Source: an uncultured virus (IMG/VR IMGVR_UViG_3300047550_002736) (Duplodnaviria > Heunggongvirae > Uroviricota > Caudoviricetes). Taken from it: a stretch of DNA of 64,000 nt. The DNA lies in IMG/VR virus record IMGVR_UViG_3300047550_002736, one strand, 5' to 3'. The notes beneath the pieces were generated by a model that was not told the origin of the DNA, did not search any database, and worked only from the letters and a program-made list of their open reading frames with translations. The position numbers were made by a program, and so were the translations under genes. This document shows, piece after piece, positions 29,242 through 40,105 of the stretch (position 1 is its first letter; every line of letters begins with the position of its first letter).

Positions 29242-30140
29242 ACAAGATTGATGCGTTTGTTATACTTCCTCCAAATTTTGATAGTCCGATTGTTAGAGAT
29301 TTTATTCATAGATACCATACTAAATTCAATAAAATTTATTATCTATTTTCTCATTCATATGCATTTTTTGATGAAAAGTGGAAACCATATATAAATTTTA
29401 TACAACAAGATTTGGATGGTAAATGTGAATTTATACATCATCAATCGTCGGGAAAATTAGATACTGATTGGAGAGATGAATGCGTTCAAGAAGTATTAAA
29501 AAAATCCACCGGCGATTATATTTTGTCATTGGAGCCAGATTTTAGTGCTGATTGGGATAGTGTTTTAGAGTTGATGTTGAACAATGATTACGAACTATGT
29601 TCAACTTTGGAATCAAATTTTACAGGTATAAGACTGTGGCCATGTTTTTGGTCTTGTAAAAAATCAACACTTGCTAAATTAAAATATCAAAAATTTGCGG
29701 CTCCAGTCGATGAACGTGTCAAAAATTTGTATAAAATTGACTATAACAAATACATTAAATTTGAAAATATCACAAAAGAAAATACTATTTTTGTAAATAA
29801 TAAAATAGAGTTTTATAACTCAAACAAAGTGGTTAGTGTAGAATCTGAAAAGCCTATATATTACGATCATTTTGATTTGGTATCGACCCAGTTATTTGAT
29901 TTCATACAAGATGATGGAAAACAGTTTCTTATGTTGAATAGATATGAAAATATTAAATTTCATCATTATACAGGTATAACACACGATTATTTGATGATGT
30001 ATGAACATGGAAGAAAAGCTAGAAATCCTCCACCACACGATCCAATGGTATACGATTTATTTTATAAAGAATGTTTAACAAAAAATTTAAACTTCTTTCC
30101 AGAATGGATTGAAATTTCCAAAAAAATAATAACACGATGA
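29238..30140 (+). CDS. divergent GT-A-like protein
   Basis: GDYILSLEPD, LWPCFW, YDHF. Confidence 0.45.
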   Translation: MNKIDAFVILPPNFDSPIVRDFIHRYHTKFNKIYYLFSHSYAFFDEKWKPYINFIQQDLDGKCEFIHHQSSGKLDTDWRDECVQEVLKKSTGDYILSLEPDFSADWDSVLELMLNNDYELCSTLESNFTGIRLWPCFWSCKKSTLAKLKYQKFAAPVDERVKNLYKIDYNKYIKFENITKENTIFVNNKIEFYNSNKVVSVESEKPIYYDHFDLVSTQLFDFIQDDGKQFLMLNRYENIKFHHYTGITHDYLMMYEHGRKARNPPPHDPMVYDLFYKECLTKNLNFFPEWIEISKKIITR

Positions 30141-31144
30141 ATACAATTATTATCCCATTTGTTAACTACAATTCGACTGATAAAAAAATCGGAGAAATAT
30201 TGCACAATTATATTTTGTCAAGAATACACAAGTTTCCAGTAGATAATTTTATTTTTATTGGCACCAGAATGGATTTTGAAAATGAAACCCGAGTATTCAA
30301 TGGAAAAACGATAAAATATATTGGAGATAAAAACAGAGGTTCGTCACATCAACAAAACATCGAAGATGCTATAAATACTTTAAACGATGATGATAAATTT
30401 ATTGTTACTGATAGTGATTTAATGATTTATGATTATTCTGTATTTACACAAATTTTTAATGATCTGGATGAATATGATATCGTGAGTAATTTGGATACAG
30501 GCACACGTATATTACCCACTTATACTTGTAAAGAACATGAAGATATTGCTGAAAAAGACGACTTTAGAAATTTTATGTATAGTCTTTCTATTATGCGTCC
30601 AAATCAAATTCGTAGAGGAAAAACTAGATTCGCCGCAACTTTATTTGGTTGTTCAAAATCGTTTTTTAATAAAAATATTGACGACAATTTAGATCCACAT
30701 TTGGAATCCATGGAAGCATTTTCTAGAAACGTGGCAAAAAATTTTCCTAATGTCAAAGTAAAAGAATTGCTTGACCCAAGGTTTAATCTTATAATAGAAG
30801 ATAATAAATATTTAAAAAAATTTGCAAATCATGATGACGACCGATGTGACGAAAATACGACCAAAACACATCCATACTATCACGTAAGAAATTTTGGTGA
30901 GTCAATAAGCACAATTCAAAAATATCAAAACAATCAAATACATATTGATCCAAATCCATGGGAAAGTCAACGATTACTCGCGTGGTTTACAATTGTTTTA
31001 GAAAAATTAATTAAAATTGATTTAACATATTTACACTATACTAGTTATGTGGAACGAATTAGAGAAGATAGTGGAGTTTCAAAGGAATTATTTGATAACT
31101 ACATGATACAATTCAAAGAGTTTTACAGAACCGATTTACTATGA
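30137..31144 (+). CDS. divergent GT-A-like protein
   Basis: IIIPF start, IVTDSDLMI, YYHVRN. Confidence 0.5.
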   Translation: MNTIIIPFVNYNSTDKKIGEILHNYILSRIHKFPVDNFIFIGTRMDFENETRVFNGKTIKYIGDKNRGSSHQQNIEDAINTLNDDDKFIVTDSDLMIYDYSVFTQIFNDLDEYDIVSNLDTGTRILPTYTCKEHEDIAEKDDFRNFMYSLSIMRPNQIRRGKTRFAATLFGCSKSFFNKNIDDNLDPHLESMEAFSRNVAKNFPNVKVKELLDPRFNLIIEDNKYLKKFANHDDDRCDENTTKTHPYYHVRNFGESISTIQKYQNNQIHIDPNPWESQRLLAWFTIVLEKLIKIDLTYLHYTSYVERIREDSGVSKELFDNYMIQFKEFYRTDLL

Positions 31145-32268
31145 GTGAAGTTACAAAAACAGATACAAGGGCGGTAGGATTAGTTTCAATAGGTAATCCA
31201 ATTACTCTTATAGCATCATTTGAAAAATTTAAACAAATATGTCGTAATTATAAAATATATGTAATGTTGAATATTTCTAGGGATCATAGTAATCCTAATA
31301 CAGTCAAAAGACTTACAGATAATGCTTATAAGATTTTTTCACATTACGAAAAATACTTCTCTGAAATTGTTATAATTGAAAATACCACAAAAAATTGGAT
31401 GACTCACGGATTGTGTATAGATACTATATTTGCCATTTCTACAGAAGATAAAATGGCTATATTTGAAGAAGACGCTTATCTGTTTAGTGATACGCAATTT
31501 AAAGAATGGTTTGATAAATTGGATGAAAATCATCTTCATTGTGTTGTTGCTCCTCAAAATCCAAACAATTTTAGTCAATTATTTTCAAAGTTAACAATAT
31601 TCAAAGATGTTGTTAATATGCCTGGAAAAGAAAGTATATTCTTTATACGTAGAGATATACTCAAACATTATGATTGGCCAGGATTTGACTATGTTCAGTG
31701 GAAGAATGACGTAGTATATAAACCAAATGAAAAATTACAATTGTCTTTTAAAGAAGATATTCATTTTGATACATTCGAATTTTTCTCATTGAATTGTTGG
31801 ATGAATGACCAAATCAAAAAGAGTGTATATCACGAACACAATTATGACTATTGGGTAAGTGAAGGAAGAAATGATTTGGACGCATTTTATAGACATCATA
31901 CTGGGAGACCAACGTATATTCATTATTTTAATGGATCGTTGTTTCAATATTTAGATTATCATGATGAGAAAAATGTGGCATTTTATAAAGATATGGTATA
32001 CAATGCTCCTCATTTTGGTCAATTTTTATATCACACATCTACCTATTTAATTCACAGTTCTATTATACTGGCTATTAGAAGACGATATATTGAGATTCTT
32101 GGTGTCAAAGAATATCAATCTCAAAAGAAATCTCTTAAGAACTCTTTAATGTTGTTGTTTAATTATTTTGGATATTGGCAAATTGTTAATAAATTTCAAC
32201 TTAAACGTTATTTTAAATTTACATGTAGACACTCCAGAATGGTTCATACATTATCTGAGATCGCTTAA
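31141..32268 (+). CDS. divergent GT-A-like protein
   Basis: THGLCID, IFEEDAY, FDTFEFFS; paralog of 33416..34546. Confidence 0.5.
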   Translation: MSEVTKTDTRAVGLVSIGNPITLIASFEKFKQICRNYKIYVMLNISRDHSNPNTVKRLTDNAYKIFSHYEKYFSEIVIIENTTKNWMTHGLCIDTIFAISTEDKMAIFEEDAYLFSDTQFKEWFDKLDENHLHCVVAPQNPNNFSQLFSKLTIFKDVVNMPGKESIFFIRRDILKHYDWPGFDYVQWKNDVVYKPNEKLQLSFKEDIHFDTFEFFSLNCWMNDQIKKSVYHEHNYDYWVSEGRNDLDAFYRHHTGRPTYIHYFNGSLFQYLDYHDEKNVAFYKDMVYNAPHFGQFLYHTSTYLIHSSIILAIRRRYIEILGVKEYQSQKKSLKNSLMLLFNYFGYWQIVNKFQLKRYFKFTCRHSRMVHTLSEIA

Positions 32269-32272
32269 TTTT

Positions 32273-32965
32273 ATGGAAGCACAATACATTCTCAATTTAA
32301 TTTTTGATTATAAGGAATACGCTGTAAGCGCGGGAGCAGCGGGTTTCGCAACAATGTTTTTGACATTTATTAAATCGTTAAAATCATCATATATTAAACA
32401 TAACTATTGGGTCAAATTTTATCAGATGGTATTGGATAGAAAACCTGATCTTATTGTTGAAATGGGTATTTTAGAAGGATATTCATTATTTAGTTTTGCA
32501 CGAGGTTGTCTTGAAAATAAAAAAGGTAAAATTATAGCAATTGATTTATTTGAAGACTATCAATATAATCATGCAAGATATGATGACATAAAGTTAAAAC
32601 TAGAAAGATTTGGTATGGAAAAACATGTATATCTTCACAAGGGGGACGCTATGAACCTTGATTTAAAATTTGAAGATAATTCAATTGACATATTACATAT
32701 TGACATATCAAATACTGGAGATAAAATAGAAAAGTTACTCAAAGAGTATTATCCAAAAATGAAAGATAATGGTGTCATATTGTTTGAAGGTGGTAGTAAA
32801 TCAAGAGACAACATTCCATGGATGATTAACTATAACTGTGTTCCTATTGCGCCAATATTGGAAAAGTCAGAGTTGACACGATTATACAACTTTTTTGTAA
32901 TTGAAAATTATCCATCATTAACAATTTGTTATAAAAAACATGAACAGTCCAAGACTATTTTTTGA
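32273..32965 (+). CDS. class I SAM-dependent methyltransferase
   Basis: IVEMGILEGYS, IAIDLF, IDILHIDISN, GVILFEGG; start placed at ATG 32273 after the upstream stop. Confidence 0.8.
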   Translation: MEAQYILNLIFDYKEYAVSAGAAGFATMFLTFIKSLKSSYIKHNYWVKFYQMVLDRKPDLIVEMGILEGYSLFSFARGCLENKKGKIIAIDLFEDYQYNHARYDDIKLKLERFGMEKHVYLHKGDAMNLDLKFEDNSIDILHIDISNTGDKIEKLLKEYYPKMKDNGVILFEGGSKSRDNIPWMINYNCVPIAPILEKSELTRLYNFFVIENYPSLTICYKKHEQSKTIF

Positions 32966-33419
32966 CATATACAAGAACAATGTTAACCAAAAAGATGTTA
33001 ATAATCTTGTGGTATTAGAGATCAACACAACTGGAAAACTATCTTCACAGATGTGGAAACAGTTATTTAACACAATACATGTTGAAAGTGATATCACCAA
33101 GGTAAAAGACTACGAATTTGATATTTGTTTTCTTAACATAGAAGATTGGTCATTGAGTGAACAAATATTACAGTCTTTAAATTACTCACCAAGATCAAGG
33201 GGATTTCATGAAATTATAATAGCCAACAAAGTTAAGTTTTGGCCATATTATATACCAAACATTTTCGATCATTCTAAAAATTGGGGTGGTGAACAAGATA
33301 CAAGACATCTTCAAATTGTTGGTGATATGGGGTTGTTTCCATACAAGTTGAAAAAGCCAGATCAAACAGTTATATTTGAATCTACAGAAAATGAGGCTAC
33401 TGTATTGCACTATAAATGA
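32940..33419 (+). CDS. hypothetical protein
   Basis: 159 aa ORF coupled within the operon. Confidence 0.5.
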   Translation: MNSPRLFFDIYKNNVNQKDVNNLVVLEINTTGKLSSQMWKQLFNTIHVESDITKVKDYEFDICFLNIEDWSLSEQILQSLNYSPRSRGFHEIIIANKVKFWPYYIPNIFDHSKNWGGEQDTRHLQIVGDMGLFPYKLKKPDQTVIFESTENEATVLHYK

Positions 33420-34546
33420 ACAAACACGACAGAGCTGTAGGGTTGACATCATTAGGAAATCCAATAACTTTGATAGCATCTTTGGACAGACTTAGCAAAC
33501 TATGTCCACAATATAAACTGTATGTATGTTTGAATCCCCAACGAGAATACATATCGGCTGAACAATTTCAATATTTGTTGGATTCTTCTTATAAGATAAT
33601 ACAATCATATGCGCATTTGTTTAAAGAAGTGATTGTAATTGAAGCACATTATAAAGCTTGGTGGGGAACAAATTTGTGGGCTCACCACGGTTTTTGTATA
33701 GATGCAATACTTCAAATTTCATCTGAACAAAAACTTGTTGTGTTTGAAGAAGATGCTTATATCTTTGACAAACAGTTATTCAATACATGGTTTGATAAAC
33801 TAGATACATTACATGTTTTTTGTGTAATGAATAGCGTTACACCAAACAATTGTGATGTGTTTGAAAAATTACAATTGTTTTCTATTTCACCTAATGTTGC
33901 TGGTCCAGCCAAAGAAAGTATATTTTTCATTAATAAATCAATAAAACAACATTGGGACTGGATATCTACGGATTATTTGAAGATTGAAAACGGAACATTA
34001 TTTAAACCACCATTTGACAGTCCACCGTTTAACTTTAAAAGAGAAGTCAACTTTGATACATTTGAGTTTTTTTCAATGATGTGTTTTCTTAATAAAAATA
34101 TAAAAATGGATTTTTATGAAGAAAATTCATATGATTATTGGTTGTTACAACACTATGGCAGATCAGACGAATTTTATTCAAAACACGGTAAATTCGATCA
34201 ATATATACATTATTTTAATAGCGCGCTGTTTCAGTATTTGGAACATAATGATAAATTAAATCAAAAAATTTATAAAGATAAACTTTTTAAATCGCCAGAC
34301 TGGGGACCATTTGTTCATCATTTATCTAGCTATATAATAGGACTTTCGTTGTTAAATTTTTATAAGAAAAAATATTTAGAATTATTGGGTGTTGATCAAT
34401 ATAGAAAACACAAAACATCTTTAAAAAACTATGTATATCTATTAATGCAATATTATGGTTTTAGTCGCATGAATCTTGAATTTAACATATATAAACTTAT
34501 AAAATTTACGTATAGATACGTTAAAAAACATCATGGTTGCAATTGA
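33416..34546 (+). CDS. divergent GT-A-like protein
   Basis: RAVGL.S.GNPITLIAS, HHGFCID, FEEDAY, FDTFEFFS shared with 31141. Confidence 0.5.
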   Translation: MNKHDRAVGLTSLGNPITLIASLDRLSKLCPQYKLYVCLNPQREYISAEQFQYLLDSSYKIIQSYAHLFKEVIVIEAHYKAWWGTNLWAHHGFCIDAILQISSEQKLVVFEEDAYIFDKQLFNTWFDKLDTLHVFCVMNSVTPNNCDVFEKLQLFSISPNVAGPAKESIFFINKSIKQHWDWISTDYLKIENGTLFKPPFDSPPFNFKREVNFDTFEFFSMMCFLNKNIKMDFYEENSYDYWLLQHYGRSDEFYSKHGKFDQYIHYFNSALFQYLEHNDKLNQKIYKDKLFKSPDWGPFVHHLSSYIIGLSLLNFYKKKYLELLGVDQYRKHKTSLKNYVYLLMQYYGFSRMNLEFNIYKLIKFTYRYVKKHHGCN

Positions 34547-34548
34547 TT

Positions 34549-35442
34549 ATGAATCCAATTTTTTCATTTAACGAATTACACGTTGAATTATTAAAACAGT
34601 TCAATGGAACCAATAATTATTTTAATTGTTCACATTTGAATGGCAAAACTATCTTCAGAAAAGAACACAAGTTAAGTAAACATTTTCACGCATGTGATAT
34701 TGTAGATCAAGATGATAATATAATATTGCAGAATTATGCTGATGACGAATATCACTATAGTTTTGAAGACGCAAGGTGGATTGATGATAAAAACATTAGT
34801 GTATGTGTTGCTCAATTTGATGTCGATGATTTAGCAAAAATAATTGGTGTTTACTATAAAAAATATAATATTGAAACTAAACAATTTTATCATTTTATTA
34901 CACATAAAACCCATTTTGAAAAACATTGGCAATTTTATAAAAGTAATATAATTTACCATGTTAATCCGTATATTATTTTTGACCAATCTGAAAAAGAAAT
35001 ATATAGTAAAAACATAAACTGGAAACCGTGGATTGAAAAGTATGGTAATCCAGGTTTAAGCACAAATGTATTTGAAATATACGGTGAGAAATTTTTATTG
35101 TATCACAGTTACGTTCATTTGGGTCCACTGAATATGAAGTATTTTGTTGGACTTATGAAATTAAATTCAGATTTAACTCCCATTGGATATGCTATAAATC
35201 CATTTCTTATTGCTGATAGACAACATTCAAGTGAATATGTTTTGAATAGTCTGTGGAAATGGAGAAACACTACTCATAGACATGCAGTAAAATATGAAGT
35301 TATATTTCCTATGAATGTTGAAGTTGAAAGCAGTGTAATCAACATATATGGTGGATTAAATGACTGTTCCGCTGTAAAAATGAGTATTGATAAAAATGTA
35401 TTTGTTGAACGAGTAAAACAACAACCATTTATTATATATTAA
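34549..35442 (+). CDS. possible beta-propeller glycosidase-like protein
   Basis: FEDAR, EKHW, VIFP, IYGGLNDC resemble GH43/GH130-like propeller motifs. Confidence 0.4.
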   Translation: MNPIFSFNELHVELLKQFNGTNNYFNCSHLNGKTIFRKEHKLSKHFHACDIVDQDDNIILQNYADDEYHYSFEDARWIDDKNISVCVAQFDVDDLAKIIGVYYKKYNIETKQFYHFITHKTHFEKHWQFYKSNIIYHVNPYIIFDQSEKEIYSKNINWKPWIEKYGNPGLSTNVFEIYGEKFLLYHSYVHLGPLNMKYFVGLMKLNSDLTPIGYAINPFLIADRQHSSEYVLNSLWKWRNTTHRHAVKYEVIFPMNVEVESSVINIYGGLNDCSAVKMSIDKNVFVERVKQQPFIIY

Positions 35443-35443
35443 T

Positions 35444-36013
35444 ATGAAAAAACTAATAGTGGCTCGTTATAGAGAAAACATAGAATGGGTCAACAAAATT
35501 AACTTTGAATATATTATATACAATAAAGGTAAAGATGATATTGAACAAAAATATATTAAGCTAAGAAATGTCGGGCATGAGACTGACACTTACTTAAACT
35601 ATATCATTTCAAATTACAATAATTTACCCGAAATATCTGTATTTTGTCAAGGCAATCCATTCGATCACTGTCACGATTTTATAGAAATAGTTAACAATAT
35701 AAATGATGTTGACAACGTAGTATGGTTAGGAACAAATTGGGGTCCGATTACAAAAGATTACATGGGTGGACCAGGAGAACGTCCACTTCCAATGTTAGAA
35801 ATGTGTAAATATTTGTTTGATGAAGAATATGATACCAACAAAACGTTTACATTCTCCGCCGGGGCTCAATATATGGTTCCAAAAAAATATATTTTGAATA
35901 AATCTTTATCATGGTGGAAAGAAGCACATACTATTTTTGATGCAAACATAGAAACTGCTGGTTGGGTATTTGAACGATTATGGCCGATGGTTTGGAAATT
36001 TGAAGCGGTGTAA
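35444..36013 (+). CDS. DUF3431-like protein
   Basis: VARYRE.I.W, IYNKG, NVGHE..TYL.YII.NY, QGNPFDH, FERLW. Confidence 0.75.
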   Translation: MKKLIVARYRENIEWVNKINFEYIIYNKGKDDIEQKYIKLRNVGHETDTYLNYIISNYNNLPEISVFCQGNPFDHCHDFIEIVNNINDVDNVVWLGTNWGPITKDYMGGPGERPLPMLEMCKYLFDEEYDTNKTFTFSAGAQYMVPKKYILNKSLSWWKEAHTIFDANIETAGWVFERLWPMVWKFEAV

Positions 36014-36314
36014 TGAGAACAGTTGTTATAACTCGGTATAATGAATCTTTATCTTGGATAAATTCTATCAAAGATAACGTTGTTATTTACAATAAAGGAC
36101 ATGACGAGTTATCATTTGATTATATATCAAGACCAAACATAGGTAGAGAAGCAGAGTCAATGTTATATTTTATTATCGAAAATTATAACTTATTAACAAA
36201 AGAGACTGTGTTTTTGCAAGGAAATCCATTTGATCATTGCTCTGATTTATTTTATCAATTAGAAGAGAACAAAAATGTTAATGATATAGTATGGTTAGGA
36301 ACAAATTGGGGTCC
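35718..36314 (+). repeat. 28-bp identical segment shared by the tandem DUF3431 paralogs
   Basis: tagtatggttaggaacaaattggggtcc at 35718-35745 and 36287-36314. Confidence 0.85.
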
Positions 36315-36591
36315 TGTGTTTAAAAATTATGATGGTGGTCCAGGCCACTGGTGTTACTTACCACTCTTAGAAATTTCAAATTTATTGTTTGATAACTGTA
36401 AATTTGATACTAATTCTAGATTTGTATTTTCTGCTGGTGCTCAATATATTGTTCCGATGTATAAAATCAAATCAAAAAGTTTAAACTGGTGGAAAAATTG
36501 TTATTCGGTGTTTAATCAATATATTGAAACATCTCCATGGGCATTTGAAAGACTTTGGCCATTGATTTGGAATTATTCGACAAACCACTGA
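36013..36591 (+). CDS. DUF3431-like protein, tandem paralog
   Basis: NIGRE, QGNPFDH, FSAGAQY, FERLW. Confidence 0.75.
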   Translation: MRTVVITRYNESLSWINSIKDNVVIYNKGHDELSFDYISRPNIGREAESMLYFIIENYNLLTKETVFLQGNPFDHCSDLFYQLEENKNVNDIVWLGTNWGPVFKNYDGGPGHWCYLPLLEISNLLFDNCKFDTNSRFVFSAGAQYIVPMYKIKSKSLNWWKNCYSVFNQYIETSPWAFERLWPLIWNYSTNH

Positions 36592-37394
36592 CCACATTGT
36601 TTTATAAAATCAATTTTATCGTCACTTACAAACGTGGGATGAAAAGTGTGACATTTTAATTTTTTAACTTCATTTGGCGTATAGATATTACCACAATCAC
36701 TAAGTGTGTTAATACTATCTGGAATGCAACATAGATTTAAATCAGCTGTTCCATTTGCAAAATATTTTGTTAAAATGTGTTCATCAATATTTCCTGTGTG
36801 TTTGCCAAAATGTGGCGTAAATAATTGAGTGTAATTTTCGATTATTTTAAAAGTATTATCGGATTGATACACACACATAAACCCAGTATTTATCATTGAA
36901 TATTTACCAATCCATTCATATTTTGCGCCGGAATCCATGTCAACACAGATATTAATATTTAAATAGTATTTGAGTGCAAATAAACTGACATCAGTAAATC
37001 CAAATTTTTTACATTTTAATAAATCCTTCAAATCATCTACAAAGTTTGAAAACACCAACATATCAGCATCAATTAAACACACATATTCATGATGTTGTAA
37101 TAGTTGATACAAACAATCGTGCTTTATCATTTGAAACGTGGCATATGAATTATTTCCCGTAGCACATGTTGTATATTCGTCAGACCAAATCTTTTGATCA
37201 AAACTGTGAGTGAATAATACTGGATGATATTTTTTAATGTCACACTCAATATTTAATTTTTGCAAATTATTAATAGCATCGTCACTGGGTGTGTATATAA
37301 TCAAAGATTCGTGTAAACCTAATCTCTTCAACTGAAGATATAAGTTGTATACAATGTTTACGTAAGCTGAGTTTATAAATGTTACAAGTTTCAT
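36573..37394 (-). CDS. nucleotide-diphospho-sugar transferase (GT77-like)
   Basis: CLIDADM, INTGF, DEHI, KIDFIKQCGQW. Confidence 0.6.
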   Translation of the reverse strand: MKLVTFINSAYVNIVYNLYLQLKRLGLHESLIIYTPSDDAINNLQKLNIECDIKKYHPVLFTHSFDQKIWSDEYTTCATGNNSYATFQMIKHDCLYQLLQHHEYVCLIDADMLVFSNFVDDLKDLLKCKKFGFTDVSLFALKYYLNINICVDMDSGAKYEWIGKYSMINTGFMCVYQSDNTFKIIENYTQLFTPHFGKHTGNIDEHILTKYFANGTADLNLCCIPDSINTLSDCGNIYTPNEVKKLKCHTFHPTFVSDDKIDFIKQCGQWFVE

Positions 37395-38239
37395 ACAAAC
37401 CACTGACCGCATTGTTTTATAAAATTAATTTTGTCGCCACAATGTGTCGGATGAAACGTTTTACAATTCAAATTTAACACTTGTTCGGGTGTATATATTT
37501 CTCCAATATTATTCAAGCTATTGATTTGATCGGATATACTACATAATCTTGGTATACCCCACCCAACTTTATCTGAGTGAAACAATCGTGTTGCAAAATA
37601 GTTTGTAATTATAATTTCATCTATATTATGATGTGTTTTTCCTATATGTGGTTTGTATAACTCACAATATTCTTCTACACACTTTAATGTTTCGTCATAA
37701 TTTTGTGCAACTTGAAAACCACAATTGACAATCTGACTTTGGCCACACCACCCGTATAAGTAACTTGCAGACATGTTCATGTTTATATTTAAACCACTAT
37801 AATACTTTAAAGCAAATAAAACATATTCGTCTTGGCCATGATGATGAATAAACTTTCTTTGATTTAACATTAAGTTTTTGAGATCATCAATAAAATTATC
37901 AAACACAATCATGTCAGCATCTATAAGACAAACAAATTCATTGTTTAACAACGATTGATAAAAACAATCTTGTTTAACAAACTGACATGTGGTATAATCA
38001 ATTGTTCCTGTCCATGGATCATTCTTGTCAAGAGAATCACTAATTTTTTGGTTAGCAAATAATAACGGTTTATATAGTTTAACTTCACAGTCAAGATTAT
38101 ATTTTTGAACATGATTTAATGTATCAATATTTAGACAAAAAATAACCAGATTTTCGTGGATATTTAATTTTTTTAATTGAAGATACAAATTATACGCCAA
38201 TTCTGAATATGCAAGATTTATAAATGTAACTAACTTCAT
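37391..38239 (-). CDS. nucleotide-diphospho-sugar transferase (GT77-like), tandem paralog
   Basis: MKLVTFIN, CLIDADM, VNCGF, KINFIKQCGQW. Confidence 0.6.
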   Translation of the reverse strand: MKLVTFINLAYSELAYNLYLQLKKLNIHENLVIFCLNIDTLNHVQKYNLDCEVKLYKPLLFANQKISDSLDKNDPWTGTIDYTTCQFVKQDCFYQSLLNNEFVCLIDADMIVFDNFIDDLKNLMLNQRKFIHHHGQDEYVLFALKYYSGLNINMNMSASYLYGWCGQSQIVNCGFQVAQNYDETLKCVEEYCELYKPHIGKTHHNIDEIIITNYFATRLFHSDKVGWGIPRLCSISDQINSLNNIGEIYTPEQVLNLNCKTFHPTHCGDKINFIKQCGQWFV

Positions 38240-38259
38240 AATCAACAATATATATCTGT

Positions 38260-39006
38260 ATGAATACTATCACTATAGCAACTCCTGTTTATTTAGGTAA
38301 ACCACATAGAGTAAGATATTTTGAAACGTTTTTAAAATCTTGCTTGTCACAAACCGATTTTCAAAAGATAAATTTTGTATTTCTTGTTGAACCCGATGTT
38401 CTTGATAGTGAATCTATAAATCGTCTACGTAAATATGAGAATATAAAAATATTGATAAATCCATTTAGATATGGTCTTTTATTGAATCAGTATATGACTC
38501 TACATTATTGTTTTGAAATATTGGATTTGGAAAATGTAATTTATACTGAGGACGATTGTATTATGTCCAACGATATGTATGACATCACTAATTTTTATAT
38601 AAATTCGAAGTATTATGATAACAATACAATCTTGACATACTTAAACAAAGATAATTTGATTGACCCGCCACAAAGTGATGATGGTAGAGAAATAATAGAA
38701 GTAAAACAAAACTTTCATCCGGTTTATACAAAAATGGTATACTTTGCGACATGGGGATATCTTTGCACAAAACGAATGTGGAATGATTGTATGAAAAAGT
38801 GGCCACATCAATGGTGTTTCTCAGAACACTTATTACCACATTATTTGGATAGTATTAAAACCGTCACACCAAAGTTATCAAGATTAAATCATATTGGTGT
38901 AGTAGGTAATTCATACACAAAAGAACAATACGAAGAACACGCATTTAGTAGATATATGCCAAAAAGCTTTACAGAAAGGTTACAGTATCAATTCAATGAA
39001 ATATGA
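38260..39006 (+). CDS. GT-A glycosyltransferase-like
   Basis: VIYTEDDC, FATWG, PKLSRLNHIG. Confidence 0.55.
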   Translation: MNTITIATPVYLGKPHRVRYFETFLKSCLSQTDFQKINFVFLVEPDVLDSESINRLRKYENIKILINPFRYGLLLNQYMTLHYCFEILDLENVIYTEDDCIMSNDMYDITNFYINSKYYDNNTILTYLNKDNLIDPPQSDDGREIIEVKQNFHPVYTKMVYFATWGYLCTKRMWNDCMKKWPHQWCFSEHLLPHYLDSIKTVTPKLSRLNHIGVVGNSYTKEQYEEHAFSRYMPKSFTERLQYQFNEI

Positions 39007-40105
39007 TTATCTAATTGTCGGATCTGGTTTATTTGGTGCCACATTCGCAAATTTAGCAAAAGAAGCTGGAAAAACTTGTCTTGTTTTAGAAAAAAGAAAA
39101 CATATAGCAGGCAATTGTTATACCGACAAGATTCGTGACATTAATGTTCACGTTTATGGTCCACATATATTTCATACATCCAATAGAGAAATCTGGGATT
39201 ATGTAAATAAATTTGCGATATTTAATAGTTTCATAAACAGTCCAAAGGTAAGATATAAAGATAACATATATTCTTTTCCAATTAATTTGTTTACGCTTTA
39301 TCAACTGTGGGGGTGCAAGACTCCAACAGAAGCAGAATTAAAACTAAAAGATGTCAAATTAAATATTCCAAATCCAGCTAATTTAGAAGAGTGGGTATTG
39401 AGTCAAGTTGGAGAAGAAATCTATGAGAAGTTTATTAAGGGATATACTACTAAACAATGGGGTAGAGATCCAAAAGAATTACCGACATTTATCATAAAAC
39501 GTCTTCCAATTCGATTGACCTACAATGATAACTACTATAATGATCTATATCAAGGTATTCCAATTGGTGGATATACTCAAATGATTAAAAATATGTTTCA
39601 AGATACACCAATAGAAACAGGTGTTGATTTTTTACAAGATATTGAATATTGGTTAAATAAAGCAAATAAAGTGGTATATACAGGAGCACTTGATGAATTG
39701 TTTAATTATGATCGTGGCGAATTAGAATATAGAAGTCTTAAATTTGATATATCTGAAGTTTTTACATCTGATTATCAAGGTAACGCTATTGTAAACTACA
39801 CAGAACAAAATATACCATTTACACGAATCATTGAACATAAACACTTTGAACAAACAAAATCAGACACTACAATTATAACCAGAGAATATCCTCAAGACTG
39901 GAATAGGTCATTAGAAAAATACTATCCAGTCAACAATGTCACAAACACGAATTTACATAAACACTATAAATCCGAATGTGAAAAGACATTTCCTAATATG
40001 ATACTGGGTGGTAGGTTAGCGTGTTATCAATATTTCGACATGCATCAAGTAATTGGACAGGCTATGCACATTTGGAAACAAGTATCGAATCAACATAACT
40101 CATAA
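38996..40105 (+). CDS. glf: UDP-galactopyranose mutase
   Basis: IVGSGLFG, HIAGNCY, YGPHIFHT, YTTKQWG, LEYRSL, TRIIEHKHF, GRLACYQYFDMHQ. Confidence 0.96.
   Translation: MKYDYLIVGSGLFGATFANLAKEAGKTCLVLEKRKHIAGNCYTDKIRDINVHVYGPHIFHTSNREIWDYVNKFAIFNSFINSPKVRYKDNIYSFPINLFTLYQLWGCKTPTEAELKLKDVKLNIPNPANLEEWVLSQVGEEIYEKFIKGYTTKQWGRDPKELPTFIIKRLPIRLTYNDNYYNDLYQGIPIGGYTQMIKNMFQDTPIETGVDFLQDIEYWLNKANKVVYTGALDELFNYDRGELEYRSLKFDISEVFTSDYQGNAIVNYTEQNIPFTRIIEHKHFEQTKSDTTIITREYPQDWNRSLEKYYPVNNVTNTNLHKHYKSECEKTFPNMILGGRLACYQYFDMHQVIGQAMHIWKQVSNQHNS

Noticed and set aside
40062..40105. 44-nt convergent overlap of glf and the neighbouring GT as an antisense system
   Set aside because: Similar short tail-to-tail overlaps occur at 21207, 36573 and 43018 and are ordinary genome compaction
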